A DNA stretch of 64,000 nt from assembly GCA_002400845.2 (NCBI GenBank), contig NVRK02000108.1, positions 33-64,032 on the forward strand. Direction: 5' to 3'. Source of the stretch: Hyphomicrobiales bacterium. Its GTDB lineage: Bacteria > Pseudomonadota > Alphaproteobacteria > Rhizobiales > Rhizobiaceae. A program made the translations under genes and the position numbers. This document shows, in pieces, positions 36,919-47,817 of this stretch; the stretch's first letter is position 1, and each line of letters begins with the position of its first letter. A model generated the notes under the pieces. It saw only the letters and a list, made by a program, of their open reading frames with translations. It was not told the origin of the DNA and searched no databases.

Positions 36919-38265
36919 TTAAAAACTATCTTTTAGCCATCCCAGAATTCCGTTCTGACCAAAGCGTGAAAAAGATCCATCAGTACCTGTCATTTTGCGC
37001 TCTTGACGCATATTTCCAGATGTTAGGAACTCAATTTGTGAAATTTGTGGATACACCATAAGGCCTACCGCAGTTGAAAATGCTGGGCCTTTAGCCGCCG
37101 CTGGCATTCCCGCAATACCCATTGGACGACCAATGCGTACATTCTTTGACATGATACGACGCGACAACTCACCTAAACCCGTAAGTTGGCTAGCACCGCC
37201 CGTTAACACAACACGTTTACCAACAGCATCTGCAAAACCAGAGCGCGCAAGACGGTCGCGAACCATTTCTAATGTTTCTTCAATTCTAGGGTGAATAATG
37301 CGCGTTAATTGATTGCGTGAAATTTGCGACACAACATCCCCTTCTTGATCGTTAATAGAAGGAATGTTTATCAGCTCTTCGCTGTTATCATTGCCACTTA
37401 AAACTGAACCATAAAGAACCTTAAGACGCTCAGCATCATCAATTCTCATAGATAACCCACGCGCAATATCCATGGTCACATGGTTGCCACCAATTGCAAT
37501 TGCGTCACAATAAATAAAACGTCCGTTCAAAAACACAGAAAGTGTTGTTGTGCCACCGCCCATGTCGATACAAGCAGAACCCATTTCCGCTTCATCATCA
37601 ACCAATGCGGCAAGACCAGACGCATAAGGCGTTGCAACCATAGCAGCAATTGATAAGTGACAGCGATTGATACAAAGCTCAAGATTACGCAATGGCGCAT
37701 TTTCGGCAGTTAATATGTGCATATCAACGCCCAATTTAGAGCCGATCATACCGCGTGGGTCTAAAATACCCTGTTCACCATCTAGTGTGTAGCCAATTGG
37801 TAAAGAGTGAACAACTGAACGATCAGGCGCTAAAGCATGAGACGCACCAGCACCAAGTACATGAGAAATATCACGCTTCGTAATTTCATGGCCATTGATA
37901 TCAATATCAGCTGAAAAAGCTTCACTGAACAAACGCCCAGCAGATACATTCACGATCAAAGATTCTACCGTAATACCTGCCATACGCTCTGCTGCATCTA
38001 CTGCAACACGAATCGACTGCTCGGCAGAAACCAAATCAGTAACCACACCAGATTTAATACCACGTGAACGCTGATGACCTATGCCAATAACTTCAACATT
38101 ATGCGTGCGACCTGGAAGACTATTACATTCTTCACGCGGTGTTAATTTAGCAATTAAGCAACACACTTTAGATGTACCAACATCCAAAATAGAAATGATT
38201 GTTGAACGTTTCATCGAAAGCGGTTTCATATGTGGTAATAAACCACCATCATGTAGGAGACTCAT
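36919..38265 (-). CDS. ftsA: Cell division protein FtsA
   Basis: 448 aa, actin-like ATPase. ILDVGTSKV, IDMGGGTTT, VLTGGASQL. The start could be an internal Met. Confidence 0.93.
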   Translation of the reverse strand: MSLLHDGGLLPHMKPLSMKRSTIISILDVGTSKVCCLIAKLTPREECNSLPGRTHNVEVIGIGHQRSRGIKSGVVTDLVSAEQSIRVAVDAAERMAGITVESLIVNVSAGRLFSEAFSADIDINGHEITKRDISHVLGAGASHALAPDRSVVHSLPIGYTLDGEQGILDPRGMIGSKLGVDMHILTAENAPLRNLELCINRCHLSIAAMVATPYASGLAALVDDEAEMGSACIDMGGGTTTLSVFLNGRFIYCDAIAIGGNHVTMDIARGLSMRIDDAERLKVLYGSVLSGNDNSEELINIPSINDQEGDVVSQISRNQLTRIIHPRIEETLEMVRDRLARSGFADAVGKRVVLTGGASQLTGLGELSRRIMSKNVRIGRPMGIAGMPAAAKGPAFSTAVGLMVYPQISQIEFLTSGNMRQERKMTGTDGSFSRFGQNGILGWLKDSF

Positions 38266-39212
38266 AAACGCCTCCCTTTACCAGCGGTTTTCAATACTTT
38301 TTTACGCTCTTCAATTGATACAGCTCTCATACGCGCAGTTTCATTACTTAACTTTAAGACAAGACGATCAGACAAACGCATATCAATGCGGCTGATATCG
38401 CGTTCAAGCAAACCTTGTTCTTTATTTAAAATGGCTAGACGCTGAATTTCGCTATCAACACCCATTTCAGGAAGCATGACCAAAACGCCATTGTCCATTT
38501 GCAAATCCCAGCGACGATTACCAACACGCACATATGTCTTCACACGCATGGCAATGTCTGGATAACGGCTTAAACTGTCTAAAATTAAAGACGCCGTTTC
38601 TGCCGCCCCTTTACCAACGATTACAGGCAAGCTATCGTCACGCCCATCAAAAACTGCCAGAGAACGACCTTCGCGGTCGATCAAAACAGTTTCATTTGCA
38701 TTTTGCCAAATAGCAAAAACAGAACGCTCTTCAATGTTAACCGCAATTTTATTAGGGTAAACTTTTGTTACGCTTGCATCCGCTACCCACGGATTTGTTT
38801 TTAAAGCGTCTCTTGCTTTAGTCACATCATACCCAAGCAAAGTTTCACCATTTTTAGGTGTAAGCAATTCAACGGCAACAAGATCGTTAAGTTCTTTATT
38901 GCCAGAAATATCATAATGACTAATTTTTAAAAAATTAAATACATTCATTTGCGCAACAACAACATCTTGTTTGTCGTTAAACACAACACCAGCAGAACCC
39001 AATGTAACGATGATGCAAAACCCAAAACCAAGCACAGCACTTTGACTAATTCTAAAACCACCTTTGACAAGACGGTTCACACGACGCACTGGCTTGCGCA
39101 AAAACTTAGGCAAAACAAATTCAACATCAGAAACAGTTTCACCTGAGCCTAATGCCTCTGCATTGCTTGCAGATATTTGATTTTCCTTAGCTTTACGACT
39201 TATCGATTGCAA
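38262..39212 (-). CDS. ftsQ: Cell division protein FtsQ
   Basis: 316 aa, TTG start. Single TM helix ([19 protein letters not shown]), then POTRA/FtsQ-type domain. Position between ddl and ftsA. Confidence 0.88.
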   Translation of the reverse strand: MQSISRKAKENQISASNAEALGSGETVSDVEFVLPKFLRKPVRRVNRLVKGGFRISQSAVLGFGFCIIVTLGSAGVVFNDKQDVVVAQMNVFNFLKISHYDISGNKELNDLVAVELLTPKNGETLLGYDVTKARDALKTNPWVADASVTKVYPNKIAVNIEERSVFAIWQNANETVLIDREGRSLAVFDGRDDSLPVIVGKGAAETASLILDSLSRYPDIAMRVKTYVRVGNRRWDLQMDNGVLVMLPEMGVDSEIQRLAILNKEQGLLERDISRIDMRLSDRLVLKLSNETARMRAVSIEERKKVLKTAGKGRRL

Positions 39213-40126
39213 CTTGCGTCCTCCACCATCCAGGCAAGAAATTCTTCAAAACTGTGACCCGCATCAATCGCCATTTCTGGAACAAGAGAGGTTGGTGTCA
39301 TGCCAGGTTGGGTATTTACTTCCAACCAAATCAATTCACCACTCCCCATCGGACCATCATCTAAACGAAAATCCGAACGGGTTATTCCCATGCAACCAAT
39401 AGCTTGATGCGCTTTCAATGACAGTGTTTGTATTTTTTGGTAAATATTTGGTTTAATTTTTGCAGGAAGTACGTGTTTTGCACCATTAGCCGCATATTTT
39501 TGATCAAAATCGTAAAATAAACCTTCATCAGGAATGATTTCGGTCACCCCAAGGGCCACATTGCCCATAACTGTGCAGGTTAATTCACGTCCAGCGATGT
39601 ATCGCTCCACCATGATTCGCTCGCCATATGGCCAATCCTTGCTCATCAAATTTGCTGGTGGCGTGGATTGACTCTCATCAACAATCAACACACCAAAAGA
39701 AGAACCTTCGTTCACAGGCTTAATCACATAAGGCGGTTTCATCACATGCTTATCAGCCGCATCTTTGCGATCCATCACTTTGCTTTCAGCAACTGGAACG
39801 CCATAGCGCTTGACCACAATTTTAGATTTTTCTTTGTCCATTGCCAACGCAGAAGCAAGCACGCCAGAATGCGTATACGGAATTTCTAGCAATTCAAGAA
39901 CGGCTTGAATGGTGCCATCCTCACCAAATGGCCCGTGCAAAGCATTAAAAATAACATCAGGTTTTAAATCTTGAAGAACGGCAACAATATTCCGATCGAC
40001 ATCGACCTTGGTAACTTTATAGCCAGCGCGTTCTAAAGCGCCAGAACAAGCTTCGCCTGAAGAAAGCGAGACGGCGCGTTCAGAAGACCAACCACCCATC
40101 AACACTGCAACATGTTTCTTCGACAT
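39200..40126 (-). CDS. ddl: D-alanine--D-alanine ligase
   Basis: 308 aa. [32 protein letters not shown]. Confidence 0.95.
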   Translation of the reverse strand: MSKKHVAVLMGGWSSERAVSLSSGEACSGALERAGYKVTKVDVDRNIVAVLQDLKPDVIFNALHGPFGEDGTIQAVLELLEIPYTHSGVLASALAMDKEKSKIVVKRYGVPVAESKVMDRKDAADKHVMKPPYVIKPVNEGSSFGVLIVDESQSTPPANLMSKDWPYGERIMVERYIAGRELTCTVMGNVALGVTEIIPDEGLFYDFDQKYAANGAKHVLPAKIKPNIYQKIQTLSLKAHQAIGCMGITRSDFRLDDGPMGSGELIWLEVNTQPGMTPTSLVPEMAIDAGHSFEEFLAWMVEDASCNR

Positions 40127-40245
40127 AAAATCAGTCCTCTAAAAATTTCATTTCGGGGAAAGAATTACTACAGATTCTTAACACCCGATAAATTCAAAAC
40201 CAGCTTTTAGAAGCTAGACTAAGAGTTGCCTAATGAGCACTCAAG

Positions 40246-40291
40246 AAAGACCGCTTCGCGCGACTCCCAAAAAGACCGCTTCGCGCGACTC
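40246..40291. repeat. Exact 21-nt direct repeat (25-nt period) in the murB-ddl intergenic gap
   Basis: aaagaccgcttcgcgcgactc at 40246-40266 and 40271-40291. GC-rich relative to the flanks. Confidence 0.9.
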
Positions 40292-40464
40292 AAAGTCATT
40301 TGAATTTAACTTAAAGAATCAGAGTGCTAAACAAGGTGCAAGTCGTTTTTAAGCTTTTTTGAAAAAGTGATTCATTATCAATGGGTAAGCAGAAAAACTT
40401 GAATCATTATCTAGGTTAAATTTTATTGGAAAAACTAACGAATCTAGCATTTTCTGAAATCTGG

Positions 40465-41418
40465 CTAATCTTGAAAAACTACAACTTCACGCCCAGATTC
40501 AAAACGCCCAATGCGTTTAATTTCCCAATTTAAGAGAATACCAGAACCTTTATAAACCCGTTTACGAACCGTTTCGCCAAGCGTCTCAAGATCAAAAGCG
40601 GTTGCTGCACCTGTGTTTATCATAAAGTTACAATGCAATTCACTCATTTGCGCATCGCCTACTTTAAAGCCGCGTAATCCAGCTTCATCTACGCATTTCC
40701 AAGCAGAATGACCGTCGGGGTTTTTAAACGTAGAACCGCCAGTTTTTTCTTTAACAGGCTGAACCGTTTCGCGGTGATGTTGAACCTCATCCATCTCTTT
40801 TTGAATTTTCACTTTGTCTTGAGGCACACCTTCAAAAACAGCACTCGTAAATATTAAATCATCAGACGCGGCGCTGTGGCGATAAGTATAGCCCATATCA
40901 GCATGTGTAAGCACATGGCGCTCGCCCTTGCGATCAATCGCTACAAGCTCAACAAGCCTATTGGTTGTCTCAGTTCCGTTAGCGCCAGCATTCATACGCA
41001 AGGCTCCGCCCACTCCGCCTGGAATACCATGATAAAATGCAAAACCGCCAAGGCCAGCCTCAAGTGCAGCACTGGCAAGTCTCTTATCAAGCACCGCAGT
41101 TCCTGCACGCAATTGTGTATCACTAATTTTCTCGACACGACCAAAACCACGCGCGGATAGCCGAATTACAACACCTTCAACACCACCATCACGCACAAGT
41201 AGATTTGAACCCACACCCACTACAAGCACAGGAATGTCCGAAGGAATACGTTTTAAAAAATAAGCTAGATCATCTTCATCAGCAGGCTGATATAATACAT
41301 CCGCAGGCCCACCTACTCTAAACCAAGTAAGTTTGGCCATAGATGCATTTGCCTGCATTCTGCCACGTAACTCAGGAACCAATTCTTCAAGTTTTTTTAA
41401 AAGCGCTTCGCCCGCCAT
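40465..41418 (-). CDS. murB: UDP-N-acetylenolpyruvoylglucosamine reductase
   Basis: 317 aa. FAD-binding [16 protein letters not shown]; GGSTFKNP. Confidence 0.95.
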   Translation of the reverse strand: MAGEALLKKLEELVPELRGRMQANASMAKLTWFRVGGPADVLYQPADEDDLAYFLKRIPSDIPVLVVGVGSNLLVRDGGVEGVVIRLSARGFGRVEKISDTQLRAGTAVLDKRLASAALEAGLGGFAFYHGIPGGVGGALRMNAGANGTETTNRLVELVAIDRKGERHVLTHADMGYTYRHSAASDDLIFTSAVFEGVPQDKVKIQKEMDEVQHHRETVQPVKEKTGGSTFKNPDGHSAWKCVDEAGLRGFKVGDAQMSELHCNFMINTGAATAFDLETLGETVRKRVYKGSGILLNWEIKRIGRFESGREVVVFQD

Positions 41419-41455
41419 TTTAATATGCCTTTAATATATTAGATTTCAAACAAGA

Positions 41456-42868
41456 CTATTTAGATGACTTTAGCGCTTCAAGCTCATCTGGCAATGCGTA
41501 TGCCCACTTAGTAATATCACCAGCCCCTAAGAAAATAACCAAATCTCCAGGCTCAGCAACTTCAGCAACAATAGCCGCAATTTCACTTGGGTCTGAGATT
41601 ACGCGCGCATCACGGTGTCCTCCAGCTCGAAGGCCACTCACCAAAGAATGTTCATCAATCCCTTCAATAGGCGTTTCTCCTGCACGATATACTGGCGCAA
41701 TCATAACTGTATCAGCATCGTTAAAGCATGAGCAGAAATCAGAGAACAAACTTTCAAGACGACTAAATCTATGCGGCTGCTTAATTGCTATTACCTTGCC
41801 ATTTGAAGCTGCTCTCGCCGCCTGTAAACAAGCAGAAACCTCAACTGGATGGTGCGCATAATCATCATAAATCTCAACACCATTCCAAGAACCAGTATGC
41901 GTAAAGCGACGTTTTACGCCAGAAAAGGCAGCAATACCTTTTCTAATACCATCGGCATCCACACCAAGTTCACTGGCGACAGTAATTGCAGCTGTTGCAT
42001 TAGAAACATTGTGAATACCAGCCATTGGAAGAACCAAGCCATCGATTGTTAAAACATCGTCTGTTTTTCGATCTCTAATATGAACATCAAATTTACTTTT
42101 CGTACCTGATGTTTCTACATTTGAAAAACGTACATCCGCTTGCAAATTTTCACCATAAGTGACAACACGGCGATCGGTAATTTTTGAGACCAATACCTGC
42201 ACTTCAGGATGATCGATGCACATAACACCAAAGCCATAAAACGGTACATTTTCTACAAATTGTTTAAAGGCTGCTTTCACAGATTCATAATCACCATAAT
42301 GATCTAGATGCTCAGGATCGACATTGGTAACAACAGCAACATCTGCAGGAAGCTTCAAGAATGTACCATCAGATTCGTCCGCTTCAACCACCATCCAGTC
42401 ACCGTCACCCATACGGGCATTGGTACCAAGATTGTTGATTATGCCCCCATTAATAACCGTCGGGTCTAAATTACCAGCTTCTAAAATGGCGCCTACCATT
42501 GAGGTGGTCGTCGTTTTGCCATGCGTACCGCCAATGGCAATCGAATTTTTAAAGCGCATCAACTCTGCAAGCATTTCGGCGCGGCGCACTGTAGGAATAC
42601 GGCGCTTGCGTGCCGCAACACGTTCTGGGTTGTCTTGCTTAATTGCACTAGAAGCAACAACGACTTCACTGTCACCTAAGTTTTCAGCTCTGTGACCAAT
42701 ATGAACAGGAATGCCTTTATCTCGCAAACGCTGCACATTAGCACTATCGTTTTGATCTGACCCTTGAACCGCATAACCCAAATTATGCAGAACTTCAGCG
42801 ATACCACTCATACCAATGCCGCCAATTCCGACAAAGTGAACAAGACCAATATTTGTAGGCATTTTCAT
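41456..42868 (-). CDS. murC: UDP-N-acetylmuramate--L-alanine ligase
   Basis: 470 aa. [25 protein letters not shown]. Confidence 0.96.
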   Translation of the reverse strand: MKMPTNIGLVHFVGIGGIGMSGIAEVLHNLGYAVQGSDQNDSANVQRLRDKGIPVHIGHRAENLGDSEVVVASSAIKQDNPERVAARKRRIPTVRRAEMLAELMRFKNSIAIGGTHGKTTTTSMVGAILEAGNLDPTVINGGIINNLGTNARMGDGDWMVVEADESDGTFLKLPADVAVVTNVDPEHLDHYGDYESVKAAFKQFVENVPFYGFGVMCIDHPEVQVLVSKITDRRVVTYGENLQADVRFSNVETSGTKSKFDVHIRDRKTDDVLTIDGLVLPMAGIHNVSNATAAITVASELGVDADGIRKGIAAFSGVKRRFTHTGSWNGVEIYDDYAHHPVEVSACLQAARAASNGKVIAIKQPHRFSRLESLFSDFCSCFNDADTVMIAPVYRAGETPIEGIDEHSLVSGLRAGGHRDARVISDPSEIAAIVAEVAEPGDLVIFLGAGDITKWAYALPDELEALKSSK

Positions 42869-42908
42869 TTAACTTTTACCCCAGTAAAATTTTGCAACTT
42901 ACAATCTA

Positions 42909-44030
42909 CTACAGACTTGCAATATTCCTGCCGCCAATAACACATTCAACACAATCGGCAAGCCTTGAGGCCGCATCGGTTATGCCAGTTTTTTTAGCCG
43001 CTTCACCCATTTTGGATAAAAATACAGGCTCATCAATCCCCTTGGCAATAAAATCTGCCAAGTCTTGCGGCGTTAATTCGCTTTGTTTTACTACTTTTGC
43101 GCCGCCTGCCTCACGCATGGCAATTGCATTATTTGCCTGATCGCCATCAAGCGAACCTGGATAAGGCACAAGTAATGATGGGCGACCAATTACGGCTAAT
43201 TCGGTAACCGAAGATGCTCCAGCCCTTGCGATAACTAAATGCGCCTTTGAAATCTCTTCTGGCATGTTCTTAAAAAACGGAGCGATTTCTGCGCTTATAC
43301 CAAGTGCATCATATTTAGCTTTTAATTCGCTTTCATCTTCAATTCGAGATTGTTGCAAAATTGATATTTTTGAACGCGCTTGTTTTGACAATAACTCTAA
43401 AGCTTGCGGCAATATTTCACTAAAGATACTAGCGCCCTGACTGCCGCCAAAAACGACTAGCCTAAACTTACCATTGGCTTTGCGTTTTGGATAAGGCTTA
43501 TCAAGTACGGCCGCCACCATTGGGCGAACAGGATTACCTGTTTCAACCAATGGAACACTTGGCAATGCGCCCACTTGCTTAAAACCAACAGCCACACCTT
43601 TTGAATATTTTGCCAGCATTCTATTAGCTCGGCCCAATACTGCATTTTGTTCATGCAGTAAAGTTGGAATACCGCTTCTTGAAGCCGCCATTAAAGGTGG
43701 CAAGGTTGGATACCCACCAAAACCCACGGCCACCAAAGGCTTATGTTTTTTAATAATGGCTTTGCATTGACGATAGCCAACAAATAGCGACCATACGGTT
43801 TTAGCCAGAGCAATAGGGTTCTTACCACCAACAGTTGCTGATTTAATAACGTGAATATTCTTCGCTGGAAAATCATCGGCAAATTTTCTAGCACGCAAAT
43901 CTGTTGCAAGCTCAATTGAATATCCACGAGCGATTAATTCATGCGCCAAGGCTTCAGCGGGAAACAAATGCCCACCCGTGCCACCAGCCGCTAGCAAAAT
44001 ACTGCCTTTATCTTTTCTTATTGAGTTCAT
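42909..44030 (-). CDS. murG: Undecaprenyldiphospho-muramoylpentapeptide beta-N-acetylglucosaminyltransferase
   Basis: ORF 42909-44054. Start moved to ATG 44030 (MNSIRKDKGSILLAAGGTGGHLFPA). Confidence 0.94.
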   Translation of the reverse strand: MNSIRKDKGSILLAAGGTGGHLFPAEALAHELIARGYSIELATDLRARKFADDFPAKNIHVIKSATVGGKNPIALAKTVWSLFVGYRQCKAIIKKHKPLVAVGFGGYPTLPPLMAASRSGIPTLLHEQNAVLGRANRMLAKYSKGVAVGFKQVGALPSVPLVETGNPVRPMVAAVLDKPYPKRKANGKFRLVVFGGSQGASIFSEILPQALELLSKQARSKISILQQSRIEDESELKAKYDALGISAEIAPFFKNMPEEISKAHLVIARAGASSVTELAVIGRPSLLVPYPGSLDGDQANNAIAMREAGGAKVVKQSELTPQDLADFIAKGIDEPVFLSKMGEAAKKTGITDAASRLADCVECVIGGRNIASL

Positions 44031-44066
44031 TACACCCTCTAAATCACTTCCCACATAGCTTCTAGA

Positions 44067-45221
44067 TTATTCGTCTAGATTATAGGGTCTAAGCGTTAAA
44101 CCAACAGGCTGATTACGCAAACTATCTGGACGACGGCGTGTTAATGCTAAGACAAAACCCATAACGATTGACATCGCTATCATCGATGAACCACCATAAG
44201 AAATAAACGGCAAAGTCATACCCTTGGCTGGAATAAGTTGTAAATTCACTGCCATGTTTATCATCGACTGAACGCCAAACAAAATAACCAACCCACAAAT
44301 TGAAAGCCTCACATACGCATCACGTTCTTTCAATGCGCGCGACAAACCGCGTAAAACAATAAAACCAAACAGCGCAACCAATAATATGCACGCTATGATG
44401 CCAAACTCTTCTGCGGCAACAGCAAAGGTAAAATCTGCATGACTGTCTGGAAGATACTTCTTCACTGAACCTTCACCCGGCCCTTGTCCAAGCCAGCCAC
44501 CAGAAATAATGGCTTCACGACCAGTTTCCACCTGAAAGTTATCGCCCTCGCCTGTTAAAAATCTATCAATGCGACCAGCAACATGTGGAAAAAACCAATA
44601 AGCAGAAACCATTGCCAAGATACCTAAACCAGCAAGACCGACAATCCAAATCCATGGCATTCCAGCTAGAAAGAACAAAGTCCCCCACACCATTGCAATC
44701 AACATGGTTTGGCCAAAGTCAGGTTGCGCCAGTAATAAGGAGCACACAATTCCAAATATAATGATGGAGAAAAGATTTCCCGGTATCTCTGGACGTCTTG
44801 AATTTTCAGCGAACAGCCAAGCGGTAATAACAACAAATGCAGGCTTTACGAACTCTGATGCTTGTATGGAAAACCCGGCAACAGAAATCCATCGCCTAGA
44901 ACCTTTTATTTCTGGGGCAAAGAACAATGTTGCAAGCAACATAACGACACTAAATATAAAAAGCACGAAGGCAACACGTCTAACATTACGTGGGTTTAAA
45001 AAGGAAAGCCCAATCATTATCCCCACAGATGGGATGAGAAAAATTGCATGACGAATCGTAAAATGCATGGGGTCTAAGCCAATGCGCTCTGCCACAGCAG
45101 GACTTGCTGCAAATGAAATCAAAATCCCGCATAGCATTAATAAAATTAACATGCCCAGTAACAAGCGATCGACTGTTCGCCACCACTCCGCAATTATTGA
45201 TTTATCAACTCTGCTTACCAT
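44067..45221 (-). CDS. ftsW: Peptidoglycan glycosyltransferase FtsW (SEDS family)
   Basis: 384 aa polytopic. QPDFGQ, GMTLPFISYGGSS. Start overlaps the murD stop by 1 nt. Confidence 0.93.
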   Translation of the reverse strand: MVSRVDKSIIAEWWRTVDRLLLGMLILLMLCGILISFAASPAVAERIGLDPMHFTIRHAIFLIPSVGIMIGLSFLNPRNVRRVAFVLFIFSVVMLLATLFFAPEIKGSRRWISVAGFSIQASEFVKPAFVVITAWLFAENSRRPEIPGNLFSIIIFGIVCSLLLAQPDFGQTMLIAMVWGTLFFLAGMPWIWIVGLAGLGILAMVSAYWFFPHVAGRIDRFLTGEGDNFQVETGREAIISGGWLGQGPGEGSVKKYLPDSHADFTFAVAAEEFGIIACILLVALFGFIVLRGLSRALKERDAYVRLSICGLVILFGVQSMINMAVNLQLIPAKGMTLPFISYGGSSMIAMSIVMGFVLALTRRRPDSLRNQPVGLTLRPYNLDE

Positions 45222-46645
45222 CAGATTTCCTTATTATCAGACACTGACGTAATAAATTGATCCATTGTGACCAATCCATCCATTGCAAAAACTGCGGTTT
45301 GAAACGCTTCGCCTCTAATCTCAAAGTTAGCAAACTGATCGAAACTTGCACATGCTGGAGAAAGCAAAACAACAGGCTCTTTATTTTTGTCTTTAGCAGC
45401 ATCTCTAGCGGCATGTTCTACAGCAACATCTAATGTGTTTGAAATTTCAAAGGGAACATCCTCGCCCAATGTTGCGGCAAATTCTGGAGCAGATTCTCCA
45501 ATTAAATATGTTTTTGCAATGCGCGGGAAAAATGCCCGCAAAGCCTCTATGCCGCCAGATTTTGGCAGACCGCCACAAATCCAATAAATAGGTTCATAAC
45601 TGCCCAGCGCCATTGCCGCTGCATCTGCATTTGTACCTTTAGAATCATTTACAAACAGCACCGAACCTATACGGCCTAACTGCTCCATTCTATGCGCAAG
45701 CCCTGGAAAAGTTTTAAAACCAGAAGAAATTTCTTCTGCGCTCAATCCAGCCTTTATACAAGTTACCCAAACTGCCGCCGCATTTTGAGCATTGTGAATG
45801 CCCCTTAATGCTGGTGCATTATCAAGCTTAAACAGATCATGCGCAACGCTATCTTTTATTTCAATCAGCATTCCATCTTTTGACGTGATGCCATTTTTAA
45901 AATCAGAGTTACTTGAGATACGAGTAACATTTGCAGAAGCAGATACGGCAGACGAGATAGCATTACTATATCCATCATCAACACCAACAACCGCCTCAAT
46001 ACTGTTAGTGACTAATCTAGCCTTGATTGATGCGTAATGAGACAATGAGCCATGACGGTCTAAATGGTCAGGCGCGATATTTAACAATAATCCAATGCTT
46101 GGATTTAAGTTTGGGGCTAAATCAATTTGATAAGAAGAACACTCGACAATATATACTTTATTTGGCGTTGGCTCATCTAATGATAAAACCGCAGTGCCAA
46201 TATTACCGCCCAATTGAACATCACGCCCAGCAGATGCAAATACATGCGCAATCAAAGCCGTCGTAGTCGATTTTCCATTCGTGCCAGTTATTGCGATGAA
46301 TTCGGATTTTGGTGCTTTGGCTTGCCGTTCTAAACAAAACAACTCAACATCCCCAATGATTGGAATGCCAGCCTTATTCGCCAAATCTACTGTCCAATGA
46401 GGCTTTGGATGGGTCAACGGTACACCGGGCGAAAGTACAAGCGCATCTAGCGTCGTAAAATCTAAATCATGCAAATCAGCAGTGCCAAGCCCTTCAGCTT
46501 TAGCGTGCGCCACACGCTCTGGGTTATCATCATAACAGAAAATTTCAGCACCACCCGCTTTTAATGAACGAGCGGTTACAATCCCTGATCCACCAAGACC
46601 AAAGAGCGCAATGCGTTTTCCTTTTTGAGTTGACGCTTCAATCAA
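45221..46645 (-). CDS. murD: UDP-N-acetylmuramoylalanine--D-glutamate ligase
   Basis: 474 aa, TTG start. GLGGSGIVTA, GTNGKSTTTAL. Confidence 0.94.
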   Translation of the reverse strand: MIEASTQKGKRIALFGLGGSGIVTARSLKAGGAEIFCYDDNPERVAHAKAEGLGTADLHDLDFTTLDALVLSPGVPLTHPKPHWTVDLANKAGIPIIGDVELFCLERQAKAPKSEFIAITGTNGKSTTTALIAHVFASAGRDVQLGGNIGTAVLSLDEPTPNKVYIVECSSYQIDLAPNLNPSIGLLLNIAPDHLDRHGSLSHYASIKARLVTNSIEAVVGVDDGYSNAISSAVSASANVTRISSNSDFKNGITSKDGMLIEIKDSVAHDLFKLDNAPALRGIHNAQNAAAVWVTCIKAGLSAEEISSGFKTFPGLAHRMEQLGRIGSVLFVNDSKGTNADAAAMALGSYEPIYWICGGLPKSGGIEALRAFFPRIAKTYLIGESAPEFAATLGEDVPFEISNTLDVAVEHAARDAAKDKNKEPVVLLSPACASFDQFANFEIRGEAFQTAVFAMDGLVTMDQFITSVSDNKEI

Positions 46646-46667
46646 CGCAAAATCCTTACCTAAGTTA

Positions 46668-47753
46668 TTATCTCAATTTAAGAGTTGAAAGACCGATGAG
46701 CGCTAATATAACCGCAACGATCCAAAATCTAATGACGACTTGGCTTTCAGTCCAGCCCTTTTTTTCAAAATGGTGATGGATGGGAGCCATTCTGAAAACA
46801 CGTTTACCAGTCAATTTAAAAGATGCAACTTGAATAATCACCGACAGAGCTTCAATAACAAATAAGCCACCAATAATTGCTAGAACAATTTCATGTTTTG
46901 TAGCAACAGCAGTCGTGCCAATCATGCCGCCCAATGCAAGCGAACCTGTATCGCCCATAAAGATAGCCGCAGGCGGTGCATTAAACCACAAGAACCCAAG
47001 ACCAGCGCCAATGACAGCACCACACAAGACTGCCAATTCACCTGTTCCTAAAACAAAATGAATTTGAAGATAACCAGAGAAAATTGCATTACCTGCAAGA
47101 TAAGCAATAAGACCAAACGAACCTGCCGCAATCATTACGGGAACAATTGCCAAACCATCAAGACCATCAGTGAGGTTTACAGCATTCCCCGAAGCAACAA
47201 TTACAAATGCCCCGAACAAAACAAAGAACAGTCCTAAATCGACTAGCCAATCTTTAAAGAATGGAAAAGTAAGAGAGGAGGAAAATGGCTGCTCGCCATT
47301 GCTCATAATGACATAGCAAGCAATGCCAGCAATGATAAATTCAAGCAACAACCTAAGACGGCCTGAAAAACCTTTATGGCTGGCCCTAGATACTTTTAAA
47401 TAATCATCATAAAAACCAATTGCTCCAAAGCCAAGCATGACAAGCAAAACACACCAAACATACATGCTTGATAAGTTTGCCCAAATTAATGACGCAAACA
47501 TGATGCCTGATATAATCATTAAGCCGCCCATGGTTGGCGTACCCGCTTTTGCAAAATGAGATTCAGGTCCATCTGCCCTAATCGGCTGGCCTTTACCTTG
47601 GCGCAATTTTAGCGATCTAATAATCATTGGACCGAATAGAAATACAAACACTGCAGAGGTCACCAAAGCGCCCACCGTTCTAAAAGTTATATACCGAAAT
47701 AGATTAAACCCCGAAAAATTCGAAGAGTACTCCTCAAAAAGATAGTACAGCAT
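46668..47753 (-). CDS. mraY: Phospho-N-acetylmuramoyl-pentapeptide transferase
   Basis: 361 aa. [31 protein letters not shown]. Confidence 0.97.
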   Translation of the reverse strand: MLYYLFEEYSSNFSGFNLFRYITFRTVGALVTSAVFVFLFGPMIIRSLKLRQGKGQPIRADGPESHFAKAGTPTMGGLMIISGIMFASLIWANLSSMYVWCVLLVMLGFGAIGFYDDYLKVSRASHKGFSGRLRLLLEFIIAGIACYVIMSNGEQPFSSSLTFPFFKDWLVDLGLFFVLFGAFVIVASGNAVNLTDGLDGLAIVPVMIAAGSFGLIAYLAGNAIFSGYLQIHFVLGTGELAVLCGAVIGAGLGFLWFNAPPAAIFMGDTGSLALGGMIGTTAVATKHEIVLAIIGGLFVIEALSVIIQVASFKLTGKRVFRMAPIHHHFEKKGWTESQVVIRFWIVAVILALIGLSTLKLR

Positions 47754-47817
47754 TATTCATTCCCCAATTTATTTTCACTGTATTAGTATTACTAAAATTT
47801 TACTTAAGGTTCTTAGC

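Noticed and set aside
40178-40192. CtrA-box-like TTAACACCCGATAAA (TTAA-N7-TAAA) in the murB-ddl gap
   Set aside because: It has one mismatch to TTAA-N7-TTAA in AT-rich DNA. Such near-matches are frequent, and I found no full-consensus site upstream of ftsQ, ftsA or ftsZ.
40233-40346. 37-codon plus-strand ORF (MSTQERPLRATPKKTASRDSKSFEFNLKNQSAKQGASRF) spanning the 21-nt repeats in the murB-ddl gap
   Set aside because: The RBS is weak and the strand is opposite to the operon. The 25-nt repeat period is not a multiple of 3, so the repeat is not a peptide repeat. Nothing supports translation.
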